A DNA stretch of 64,000 bases from Haliotis rufescens (taxonomy: Eukaryota): contig NW_025963779.1 in NCBI RefSeq assembly GCF_023055435.1, positions 21,328,001 through 21,392,000 on the forward strand, written 5' to 3'. Both the position numbers and the translations under genes were made by a program. The notes below the pieces were generated by a model. The model was not told the DNA's origin, did not search any database, and saw only the letters and a program-made list of their open reading frames with translations. Below, piece after piece: positions 21,901-33,244 of this stretch (position 1 is the first letter of the stretch; every line of letters begins with the position of its first letter).

Positions 21901-24761
21901 TCCACAGAAATGGGATATGCATTAACCAAGTCAGCGAGCCTGTTCACCCGATCCCTTTAGTCGCCATCTTCCCGAGGCAAGAGAGTTAACTGACTATAAA
22001 AGTCCAGTTTCCACCCTTGTCGAACTAGGCTGGTATTATGGAGTTACATTTTGGCTGGACTAACGAGTCTATGCATAGTCCAATCAAAATCGCGCACCGA
22101 AATTGAAATCCGGTTCGTAAACTGTCGTGCAGATTTCGGTCGATTGCAGGATTTGCAAAGCATGTGCACCACCAACTCGTTGTCAGCAGATATTTTCAAA
22201 ATCTTCTCATGTTTTTAATCAAGGTGCTCACGTGATTTGATGCATTTCGCGATGTAAGACCCGTTTTATCACAATATAGATATTGATTATCGATCAGATC
22301 GTCCTGACCGGGCGCAACCATTTTGTGTGAAGCAAACGCAAGTGATACGAGAGGTGGAATCTGATTGGTCCTTAGGAGAGGCTTAGAAGGGACATAATTG
22401 GTAATAGCCACTGGTGGCGCTACGATCGAGCCCAGTAATTCCAGCCTAGTTCGGCAAGGGTGGAAACTGGACTTTAAAAGTCAGTTAACTCTCTTGCCTC
22501 GGGAAGATGGTTAGTCGCCTCTTACGACAAGCATGAGGTGCTGAAGAAAGATTTAGAACCTAGCCGGATCTTAAAGAGGGATAATCATTATTAACATGGG
22601 GCGTCGCTGTAGGCAGAATACAAAATGTCGTAGAAATGGCAGGCATCGTCTAGACAGTAGAACTCCTAGTCTTATTAGTCAAGTCTAGTAGTTTATCCGG
22701 ACAGTTTCTTATCCGGACGAATTCACCAGGAACACTCGCCCAGATTAACGGGGATTCACTGTAATATGTTATCTCTAAGTTGATATAAAATAATTAATAT
22801 ATTTTAATCATAGTGCGTCCGAGACATGTGTTATGTGTAACTTGTCGTGTTTTATTTCAGAGTTTGAGACGCCTCGATATCTCCGGTCCAGTGAGCCAGA
22901 GGAACAACAGACGACCGTTAGCCAAAAGCCCACGTGCGTATTTATACACTGATGACACTTACCATGACTTAAGCGTTTTGCTGTTCACGTATACACTTCC
23001 AGTGTAAAGGTAGTATGAACTTGGACGGGCACGAGTGGCCAGTAATCTAAAGGCGCTGCAATTCTCCCTTAGGTGTGCCATAAATAGTTTTTGAATCCCC
23101 GATTCCTTTGATTATGTTTCTAGGTTTGTCAGCACCATACGCGTGTCCGTGTGATTTACCAAAGCGGTAAAGAAGATCCGGGGTAGAATAGGTCTTCAGC
23201 AACCCATGCTTGCCGTAACAGGCGACTGTGCTTGTCGTAACCGGCGACTGTGCTTGTCGTAAGAGGCGACTAACGGGATCGGGTGGTCAGGCTCACTGAC
23301 TTGGTTGATGCATGTCATCGTATCCGAATTCCGTGGATTCATGCTCATGATACCAATCCCTGGATTGTCTGGTCCAGACTCGATTATTTACAGACCGTCG
23401 TCATATAGCTTGAATATTGCTGCGTGCGGCGTTAAACAACAAATAAACAAACAAACCAAAGCGATAAACGTGTAGGACCTTCATCACTTCGGGCTTTCAA
23501 GCTGCACGTCGTACTGTAACTGAAAAACTGTTTAAAGCAGCTTCAAACTCACTCACTCATAATAACGAATCTGATACGTGTTAACAAACTACATTTTCCC
23601 TCGACAGTCGGGTGTCAACCGAACGTGTGTTTAGTCGGAATCGTATAATCGATTCTGCTGTATGCAGAGATTTATATTGGAAATGGAAAGGGTTTAGTCG
23701 CTTTATTTACATGCGTGAATCAGAAATTGTATTGTACTAACCGATCCTGGCGTGTGATACCTTGGTTATACCATATCCTATTCATCGATTAAACGTTTTC
23801 AATAATGTACATCGCCACGGCGACACGACGGTTGAACTAATGGCTAAAACTAATGTACATTGCTAGAACTCGTCGACCGTTGCAGGACTTCAATTAAATG
23901 ATTGCAGAAACGATTCTCTCCGGTTCTGAATAATACACGAGTGCAGACGACACCGTGGGTGATATATTGTCAATGTTAATACGTTAATGACAGTCAAATA
24001 AAACGTTGAAAGCCATGTTCATATATGACCAACATACAATTTACTGTGGTACCGTTGAATATGAACCTTTTAAGAATTCACAGTTTTAGTTACATAGTTT
24101 TTAAATTTTCGTCCATTTGCGGCTTAAACCCATGAAGATCCGGGGTAGAATAGGTCTTCAGCAACCCATGCTTGCCCTAAAGGGTGACTATGATTGTCGT
24201 AAGAGGCGACTAACGGGATCGGGTGGTCAGGCTCACTGACTTGGTTGATGCGTGTCATCGTATCCCAATTCCGTGGATCGATACTCACGATGTCAATCAC
24301 TGGATTGTCTGGTCCAGACTCGATTATTTACACACCGCCGTCATATAGCTAAAATCGTGCTGAGTGTGGCGTTAAACAAATAAACAATAACAAAAATAAC
24401 ACATGTATATTTTATGACTCACCTAACCTTCCAGCTCAAATGCCGTTGGTCCTAAAAAAATAGTTAGTGTATAGCAACGAAATCCATTACTTGGGACAAG
24501 GGGGCGACGGGTAGTGGATTACTGGGATGTTCGTAAGAGGCCAGTTATTGTTTTAGTCACTGTTTTAAAACGTTCAGCCATCTTTTCTGGATGGTCATAT
24601 GGTCCGACCCTTGTTGTAGATGGGTGGTGTTCTGTTGCAGACCGATGGTGCTCCCCCAATACAACAAGGAGGAGGAAGACCTGATGGCCCAGTTGATGGA
24701 GGACGATGATGACTTCTTCCCTCATCAAGCCATGCACCACTCCAACATCATGACGTTCTGA
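12750..24761 (+). CDS. Uncharacterised N-myristoylated protein with cystin-like termini, 5 exons, 276 aa
   Basis: Exons: 12750-13298 (MGSGSSKEK...YPETYAQRH...DWGFDEDKEEVT), 21149-21199 (ATKGFDASKFRAANQGK), 21402-21438, 22861-22933 and 24641-24761 (PMVLPQYNKEEEDLMAQLMEDDDDFF...TF*). Junctions are GT-AG with phases 0,0,1,2 all compatible, 831 nt in total. The gene model is well supported; the identity is tentative. Confidence 0.8.
13385..13556 (-). mobile_element. tRNA-derived SINE family B (~170 bp, (ACTC)n tail)
   Basis: A box TAGCCTAGTGG, B box GGTTCGAATCCC, 11-bp TSD ACGTTAATATA. Other copies: 6621-6781(-, TSD CTAATGATCAGA), 7534-7693(-, TSD ACAATACATACAG), 52979-53138(+), 1692-1811, 5218-5360, 15018-15180, 20563-20722, 43694-44110, 46383-46500, 61415-61530. 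Confidence 0.92.
13622..13829. mobile_element. Kolobok-like MITE
   Basis: TTAA|AGGGGCT...AGCTCCCCT|TTAA. The TIR is short. Confidence 0.55.
14541..14612. repeat. 20-bp tandem repeat, ~3.5 copies
   Basis: Unit TGACTAGAATCAACCAGTGT. Confidence 0.9.
16369..16543. mobile_element. Tc1/mariner (pogo/Tigger-type) MITE
   Basis: TA|CAGTAAACTACGGTTATAACGAAC...GTTCGCTATAACCGTAGTTTACTG|TA, with internal GTTCGTTATAA subrepeats. Confidence 0.88.
18174..18440 (+). mobile_element. SINE-like family A (GACCCGTGAAGATCC head, (CAAA/CAAC)n tail), full-length copy
   Basis: 14-bp TSD CAATAAACAAAATA (18160-18173 and 18441-18454). About 20 further copies or fragments, e.g. 1462-1688(-), 3228-3452(-), 9250-9433(-), 10355-10552(-), 19249-19538, 23172-23456, 24127-24390, 26364-26617, 28427-28967, 31695-31955(-), 40322-40590, 41512-41800(-), 47018-47250, 49430-49668, 52676-52910(-), 59712-59952. 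Confidence 0.9.
18908..18937. repeat. (CA)n microsatellite at the end of a SINE D copy
   Basis: Direct inspection. Confidence 0.95.
20729..20941. repeat. 34-bp minisatellite, ~6 copies, each with CACGTG
   Basis: Unit CACATTGCACTTTCACAAGACCACGTGRCWTCTY. Confidence 0.92.
21965..22509. mobile_element. MITE with ~70-bp TIRs, copy 2, inserted in a family A SINE
   Basis: Near-perfect TIRs, with TTAGTCGC duplicated on both sides (21957-21964, 22511-22518). A right-end fragment also occurs at 26880-26988. Confidence 0.9.
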
Positions 24762-26624
24762 GTTCCAATCTGTCAACAGTCTATCTGGCTGGGAATCCTG
24801 AGACAGTTCACTCTACACACTAAGAAGTACATTCGAGCAGAGGGCTTGATGCACTTTTGTTATCGGCATCAAATTAATGTATGCTGAAAAACTACTTTGG
24901 TGCGTTTCAGATTCAGTTGTGATTGCTGCTATACAAACATTCAATCATAGATTCTACTGTAACAGAGACCTGCATCACTTCGGGCTTTCCTCCCACATTA
25001 AGCTGACACACCATGATATAACTGGAATACTGTTAAAAACGGCGTTAAACCCAACTCACTCACTCACTCTACTGTAACAGATTTACTGTCAACATGTTGA
25101 GAACAATGTCCAGTAACTCTGTGCTGAGGACAACCCTCTCAATGCACATTGCAAGTGTGGCGGCCATTTTGAATTTTCAAGATATATCAAACATTCTTTG
25201 CTGCACATGGGGGATATGTTCCAAACAAATAACAGAGGTAGAAACCAACATTTTTAGTCCACTAGTCCTCACAATAACATATAGCAAAACCCTTAAAATG
25301 GCAAATGTCTACTTGTCCTTATGATACCTTAACTATTGGGTTTTCCAAGGACTACACTTCTAGTGCCAATTTCTAACACTGAATTAAACTGTTCTCAGTA
25401 TTTCAGCTGAGGAGACTCATAATATGTTACCCAAGTGGTTGTTTTGAGAAACCAGTCAGTTTGAGTTACAACTAGATGACAAATCTACAACTACTACACA
25501 GCAATGACCGTACCACCCATCTAACCCCTGGTGAAAACATTTTTATGAGACCCTATTGGGTTTATTTGTTATTTTCATGCCTACTCAATTTGAAAAATGC
25601 TGTGATTTGAGTCTCTGTTTTATCGTCAATTAATGACAGACATATATACAGACATTGTCTACCATCACTTTTGTTTCTTAACTTGGTGAGTTAGGTAATT
25701 TTTATTTTCAGTTTTATAGGACAAGATGCATGAGCCACAATCATAAGTCCATTACAAATAACTGAACAAGTTTAACAAACTAATAACTTATATTACAAAT
25801 GCCTGTTGGTCATATGTTCTTTTGTTTTATTTTCATGATGTAATGATATGTCAAACTATATATTATTTATCATCCACAAATAATCTTCCACAGGAGATAT
25901 CAGCCATATCAGATGGAACAGCAGACCATTGTGACATCATCGGTTACCATGACAACACTATCAAATGACATCACCAATGCATCTGCCACTGGTTAGGTGT
26001 TCTTGTTACACTCATGACACTGGTTATTACTAAAATAAAATTGGGAGAATGTTTTTGATGATAAATAGGATTTTTCCATAGTGTCTTTTGATATAAAACG
26101 TAAATTAAAATTTAAAACTCTGAGGCATAACCTGTTCTGTTATGTTTTATATCAAATGACACTTGAGCGAGATTCGCTCCTTCCCAACCCCTGCTGGACA
26201 CAAGCACAGTGCCTGAGAGAATGTTGAATTACAGAGCAATATTCCAGACAAATGTTGGGCATCAGATCTTACATTAGGACTTTCCAACATTGAGAGGATT
26301 ATTTCAGTCAGGGTATTTTCAGCTGGATCACAAAATCAATTTTGTCATCTTCATTCTTTCTCGGACCCGTGTTAGAATAGGTCTTCAGCAACCCAAGCTT
26401 GCCGTAAAAGGCGACTATGCTTGTCACAAGAGGCGACTAATGGGATCAGATGGTCAGGCTTGTTGATGCATGTCATTGATCCCAATTGCGTGGATCAATG
26501 CTCATTATATTATTCACTGAATTGTCTGGTCCAGACTTGATTAATTACAGACGCCGTCATACAGCTGGGATATTGCTGTGTGTGGTGTTAAACAACAAAC
26601 CAACCAACCAACCAACCATCATCA

Positions 26625-26870
26625 CTGACTGACTGAGGAACATTGTATAAACATTATCCTGACTGACAGAGGAACATTGTATATACATTATCCTGACTGA
26701 CTGAGGAACATTGTATATACATTATCCTGACTGACAGAGGAACATTGTATATACATTATCCTGACTGACTGAGGAACATTGTATATACATTATCCTGACT
26801 GACTGACTGAGGAACATTGTATATACATTATCCTGACTGACTGACTGAGGAACATTGTATATACATTATA
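26625..26870. repeat. ~34-38-bp minisatellite, ~7 copies
   Basis: Unit (GACT)2-3 GAGGAACATTGTATATACATTATCCT. Confidence 0.92.
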
Positions 26871-27694
26871 TCATAACTCGTAATAGCCACTGGTGGCAAC
26901 ACGATTGAGCCCAGAAATTCCAGCCTAGTTCGGCAAGGGTGGAAAATGGACTTTTACAGTCAGTTAACCCCCTTGCCTCGTGAAGATGGAGACTTTCATA
27001 CTTATCTCCATTTTGAACCTATCCAAGACTCTCTAGTCTGTGATATTCTGATGATATGCAATACAGTTTTACCTCCAAGTGTCACTTCCTCTGAACTACT
27101 CCCTTGTACACAGACAACCAGTGAGGCTGAAACGATACACCTGCATTAATCTGAACAATATCCTATCCATATGTAGGCTACTCTTTACAAATTATTTATC
27201 TTGTTTGAATATTTGATGGTCTGAAAGCTAATAGTGTTTGACATTCATATATAGTCTGTTCAGTCTCATCCTGTTTTGGTGGTGTCCTGACAAACACAAG
27301 ACATCACATCGTGAAATAGTGCATTGTGAAGTATTAGGCTATATATCTTACTGTGTATCGTTTTAGCCTTTAGACTTTCGTAGTCGGTGTGTTTCTCATC
27401 TTCTGTCAGTCCTAATGTTCTATATCCACCCATTCTTGAAATCATCCTGCTCGGATACAAAATAAGACATTTCCCATTTCTTAAAACAATTTGCGCTGTA
27501 TTTTATTGAAATAAAGCTGCATTTTTGTCTGTAATTAAAGCTCTCAATAGTGTTGTACTTTGAATACAGCACAATAAATATGTTGCGAGTTTGGGAGGGC
27601 TTTTCGAAAATGATACCTTTTATAACCAGGTGAAGACTTTTGCACATATCAAACAATATGTCCTTCATATTCTCAACTGAAGGCAATTTATATA

Positions 27695-28037
27695 CTGTAT
27701 TCGATGTAATAAGCGCCCTGGGCAGTCTCAAAATTAGAAATAGGGGGCTCCTATTAGAATATTATTTTGGTGAAAAAACAGAGTTGAAACATAAATTTTG
27801 TGGTTTATGCTGACAGCCTGAAATATGTATATATGACAGATATATTTTTCCAGAATTTAATTGCCCATAATAAAGGCTGCATACAACACATGAGTGCGTA
27901 TTATACGAGAATAAATAAGTCTTTTGTACATCGATCAATCGGAAGGGGTGCTAATTGGGATTGTTCACTAGCCAATATATGACCAAATATCGCTGTACGC
28001 GCTTATTAGAGCGGGGCGATTATTACGTCGAATACGG
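27695..28037. mobile_element. Tc1/mariner-type MITE (CCGTATTCGA TIR), copy 1
   Basis: TA TSD, TIR C(T/C)GTATTCGAYGTAATAA, second copy at 36556-36900. Confidence 0.85.
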
Positions 28038-28426
28038 TATTTTACGTTTGCTCGCCAGTCACACAGATCAGCACGGGGATGAGAAACACAGCCTAACATG
28101 GATGGGTGAACAGCCAAGCCCAGGTGCCCAGTGTCCGTAGAGAACTCATGTATGCTGGACATTAATAAACAATACTTGCCAAGTGTATACAAACATGTAC
28201 CTGTATGTACATAATTATACATTCTGGTAGTTGCAACAATTACAGCTGTGTTATTGACTAAATAAAATACACTTTCTATAGTCCGATTCTTGTGTTTATT
28301 TCAGATGTTAACCACAATTTTCATCATATTCTACTGAAACACAAGAACCTACCTGCTGCCAATACATTGTACCTGGCATTTGGGATGTCATAACACTCTT
28401 GCCTCCTATACTGATACATGTCACAG

Positions 28427-28967
28427 GACCCGTGAAGATCCGGGCTACAATAGGTCTTCAGCAACCCATGCTTGACGTGAAAGGCGACTATGCTTGTCGT
28501 AAGAGACGACTAACAGGTTTGGGTGGTCAGGCTCTCTGTTTGTTTGTTGTTTAACGCCGCACTCAGCAATATTCCAGCTATATGACGGCGGTCTGTAAAT
28601 AATCGAGTCTGGACCAGACAATGAAGTGATTGACATCATGAGCATCGATCCACGCATTTGGGATCGATGACATGTATCAACCAAGTCAGCGAGCCTGACC
28701 ACCCGATCCCGTTAGTCGCCTTTTACAAGCATAGTCGCCTTTTACGGCAAGTATGGGTTGCTGAAGACCTATTCTACCCCGGAATCTTCACTGGTCTCAG
28801 GCTCCCTGACTTGGTTGATGCATGTCATTGTATCCCAATTGCATGGATCGATGCTCATGATGTCAGTCACTAGATTGTGTGGCCCAGACTTGATTACTTA
28901 CAGACTGCCGTCATATAGCTGGAATATTGCTGAGTGCGGCGTTAAATAACAAACAAATAAACAAACC
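28427..28967 (+). mobile_element. Family A copy with an inverted family A copy (~28535-28795) nested inside
   Basis: TGTCACAG direct repeat flanks the outer copy. The inner segment is the reverse complement of the family consensus. Confidence 0.8.
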
Positions 28968-30173
28968 TGTCACAGTACTTGAGGCATGATAGATTTGTGC
29001 CATTTCAGCACTGAACCCTCTATGTTCATGTGTCCCAGCTACAAGAGGTTGTGCATAACTTGCATGGTTGCATCTGAGATTGTTAACTTGCATTGCGAAT
29101 GTGGCCTGCTTAACAAGAGGTCATCCAGTTTGTGCTCAACTTAGTGCCTTCTGGTTAATTTAGGTTCATTCTGATGAGGTAACACTAGGTAAGACCCAGT
29201 AGATATCAGGCCGGGTTATTGCACACTCTGTAAACATTCCTTTCTGAAAATTGATACAGAATTCATGCATGAATTGATACATGGGTATTATTCAGTGATG
29301 TCTCAGTGTTATCATGACAGCCTTACTGAATAACATGATACTCACCAAAACATTTGTGAAAATTAGCATTCATGTTCAACTGACCCACGTTGGACAAGAA
29401 GTCTTGAGACTATGTTGAGTGAGTGAGTGAGTGAGTGAGAGTGCTTTGACCACTAACCAACACCCCCAATCAATAGAATGAAAATCAAGAAATCCAAGTA
29501 TTGTAGGTGATTTATTCTCAGAAGGTCTACTCTACACCTAAGTACACAATTATTCTCAAATATACACAGAACAATAACTCATCATTCAGGTTACCTGTAC
29601 ATTCAGGGTTTGAAAGAAAGGGCAAAGCTCTGTGATCACACCTTATGCTGTTCATGTTCGGGTGGTGTTATCACCGACCATTATGAAGCAGGACATCTTT
29701 CAATCTTCTTGTGCCATGATCTTAAGTAGTACTTCCACCTATCATCTCATAGAACACCTCCGGTCTTGACATTTCTCGGATTGGTTGCAGGCTGGAGAAA
29801 ATAGTTATCCACAGAATAATAATAGAGCTGAGATCTTGCCGATGTGACACTATTGTCCACTGAATGCATACAAGGAACCTTGGTCACTGTCAGTGAGCCA
29901 CAAGCTGCTCCTGCTGCTGCTGGACATGGACTGAATGCTGTAGCAGAATCCCATAACATGGCACTACTAGGGTTCTCTATAATGAGCAAAAAGGACATGT
30001 AGTCATCTCCATCCGTCATGATCCAGATGCCATGGTTACTGGATACTTCCAACAAGCTGGAATCTGAATGTAGGAGGTATTACAAATCTGTTGGCTGACC
30101 ATGGCCTCGCTAGTTCCTTCAGCTCCTGTCCCAGAACGTACCAAGAATGTCTCTGTTCTGACTAAACGGACCA

Positions 30174-32500
30174 TCATGTATCCACTTCACTATCTCCATT
30201 CTTCATCATTTGGAAAAACTCTTTTGCCTTTATCTTCCGTGGGATGATGTCTGTATACAAACAAGTTAGAGGTTTAGGCTGATATACACCTTGTACAAAA
30301 TGTTCTGAGATCGTAAATGATTACTGTAGTATATTTGACTATTGCTGCCCTGAAGCATACAGAGGTACATGAAGAGACCTTTGTGTTACATTAACAATCT
30401 GCAGCCATGCAGCTAGTCAGAAGTCTGGATCTAGTAAAATGTCTTTTGGTTAAGCCTAGCTCATAAAAGTCCAGAAAAATCAGAGTTTTACATGTAATAA
30501 TTTTCAAATAAATCATCATGAGTCAAATATGTGAGGTGATCTGCTGTTTTAAGCTGTATTTCAGGCATATCATAGCACAACCAGTCACCATCAGACCATG
30601 ACAGTGCAAATCAAATCTGGGATTCCTACCCTCAACAGTCACCATGACTATGGTTTCCACAGACCTAGAAATCATTGCTGGGCAAATCGTTATCTGGGAT
30701 TCCCACCCTCAAACAGTTACCATGACTACAGTTTCTTCAGACTTAGAAACCATTACTGGGCCAATCATTATCTGGGATTGTGTTCTACCTTGTAAGAACT
30801 GCAATGTTTCTTCGGTGTTGACAATTTCTGCTAAGTCTTTGTAATCAACTAAGCTCTGATCCTTGCTCTGTTCCAAGGAGAATCTTGCCAGGGCCTGGAT
30901 GAACAGTTCCTGTAACCATAGAAACATTATAAAGGTTGATTCATCTCGGTTACCTGAATGCCACAACAAAATAGAGGTCCACTACGTACTAAAACAAACA
31001 ATATACCCCGATATACCAGAGGTAAAACAGTGTTACATGTCACTGGCAGGTGATCCAAAACATTCTGTCTCAATGTTAACAATACAAATTTTGCCAAGTT
31101 CTTTTTGGCATGTTTATATACCTTACACTATGTAAACCAATTTGCACTTTACAGAACATTAAGAAAATTAAAATAGGGACCTGCAAACATTATAAACCAG
31201 TGTACATCTTCAGAGTACAAACTATGCATTCATCTTATCAGTCGGGGACAATAGCCAAAAGCCCGAGTCTAGTAAAATTCTGCTTAGTCTAGTAAGCTCA
31301 ACTAGTGACTGTCCACATAATTACAGGTGGATAGTACAACCATGGTGATTGAATTAATTAGGATCACACATCTGAGTACTGAAGAATATTACTGTCTTGA
31401 CTCATTGAGTGATTTTAATACTTTACTTCTGTAAATTAGAACTAAACATGCTAAACTGTACATCTAAAAAAGTTAATTAGATAGTGACCAAAAGAAAAGG
31501 AACATTGACTGAATTCAAAAAGAAATGTGGCCCCTTAATCAAATTTCTAGCTTTGTCTTATTGATCCCAGCAGCCAGTACGTAATGGGAGTGTGGCCAGT
31601 CAAACCAGTGTTTGATAATGTTGATACTATGAGCAACATTCTATGACCTCGGGAACATGGACACACAATCCTCCAGACCTCTGGGAAAGTTTTCTTTGTT
31701 TGTTTGTTTAAAGCAACACTCAACAATATTCCAGTTATATCACGGTGGTCTGTAACTAATTGAGTCTGGACCAGACAATCCAGTGATTGATGTCATGAGC
31801 ATTGATCCATGTAATTGGGATACAATGACATGCATCAACCAACTCAGCGAGCTTGACCACCTGATCCTGTTCGTCACCTCTTACGACTAGCGTAGTTGCC
31901 TCTTATGGCAAGCATGTGTTGCTGAAGTCATATTCTAACACGAATCTTCACGGGGGTTAGGGAACATGGTAGACACACAATCAGCTAGATCGTGGAGAAT
32001 GTGGACACACAATCAGCCATGTAAACAAAACTGATCACCAGTTCCATTCAGTTGCCACGTAAGACAAGCAGAGATTGTAGGGGACATTTCTAATCCGGGT
32101 ACCTAGAGTGGAGCCTTGCAAGATAAGAGAGCAGTGGTCCATAACGATTACTCAGTACAACAGATGCCTTATACCAGTGCTATGTAGTGTGCAGCACTGC
32201 ATTAAAGCGTTAACGTTCCCCTGTGTCTGCTTACAGATCATTAAGCAGTGAAATGGGGGCAGTCACAGATAGCAGGTTCTCGGTGTGTTTTTTTACGATT
32301 ATTTGGAGGCCATGCTCTGGGAAAATTTTTAAGGAACAAGTTTTTTTTTTTATTACCAATCAAATAACCATACACACCGTTGCCTTGCCCGTAATGAAAA
32401 GTGCCTCTTGACTTATACTTGAGACATCTGGTGAACTTTTCATGATTGTTTTAACCCGCGAAAGGGGAAGTATGCTTGTAGATTTGTCTTTGTCCGCCAT
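30174..32500 (-). CDS. CHRAC1: Chromatin accessibility complex protein 1 (histone fold), 3 exons, 106 aa
   Basis: Exons: 32500-32378 (MADKDK...LPLSRVKTIMKSSPDVSSISQEALFITGKAT), 30909-30789 (ELFIQALA...YKDLAEIVNTEETLQFLQ) and 30250-30174 (DIIPRKIKAKEF...*). The IMKSSP.VSSI.QEAL motif favours CHRAC1 over POLE4. AATAAA at 29511-29516 (-). Confidence 0.92.
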
Positions 32501-32735
32501 ATTTACAGGAAATGTATTTCTTGTAGTACCGCAGCAAATATAATAAATCAAAACATAATTTGTGACTTTTATGTAAGTCTTCTTAGAATTTAAGGATTAG
32601 GCTAAAGAATTTATATAGTTAATATATTTGTTACATTAAGTATGTGTTATTCACCCCGAGTCTGCGTGCACGTGTAAGTAACTTCCTTTTCAATTTCCCC
32701 ACGGAAGCACTTGTCGGCTCAGAAGAACTTGTAAG
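32501..32735. promoter_or_regulatory. Bidirectional CHRAC1/EEF1D promoter and probable EEF1D 5'TOP first exon (~32682-32730)
   Basis: E-box CACGTG at 32669-32674, pyrimidine start CTTCCTTTTC at 32682-32691, ETS-like CGGAAG at 32702 and donor GTAAGG at 32731. The CHRAC1 ATG is about 180 bp away on the other strand. Confidence 0.6.
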
Positions 32736-33079
32736 GTATTCGACCTTAAATCGCCTCAAAGAATAAAGCTTTTGGACAATTTAATTGTTTCAAGTATTGG
32801 ATGGATACACGCACTGTTTAGTTTTGGAGAAAACCTACTCAGAATTGATAAATCAACATAAATATGAAAAAAGAAGTACGATAGCCGTACCGGCTTGTCG
32901 AACAGTAAAATCGGCACTCAAACCTCTAGCCTAAGTAACTTGTTGATAGCTAAACCGTGATGGCAGATTCTCATAGATTTCCGAGAGGTTCTATCCGCCT
33001 TATCACTCGCATCTTTACCTATTATGAAACGTGGGACTGAAACTCCCCATGTTCCGAATCCTAATGGCAGGAACTTGTG

Positions 33080-33244
33080 AATCTGTACATGAACGTAGGC
33101 GACTTCATATTTTCATAAACAATCATGGTATTGTCCTAATACTGGTTACCATCATGATATCAATCTGTACATGAACGTAGTCGACTTCATATTTTCATAA
33201 ACAATCATGTTATTGTCCTAGTACTGGTTACTATCATGATATCA
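33080..33244. repeat. ~83-bp direct tandem duplication
   Basis: AATCTGTACATGAACGTAG...ATCATGATATC occurs twice with few substitutions. Confidence 0.9.

Noticed and set aside
29747-30055. 102-aa ORF downstream of CHRAC1, or stop-codon readthrough
   Set aside because: No ATG start or recognisable homology, and it lies in the probable 3' UTR. Readthrough of the TGA meets TAG after three further codons.
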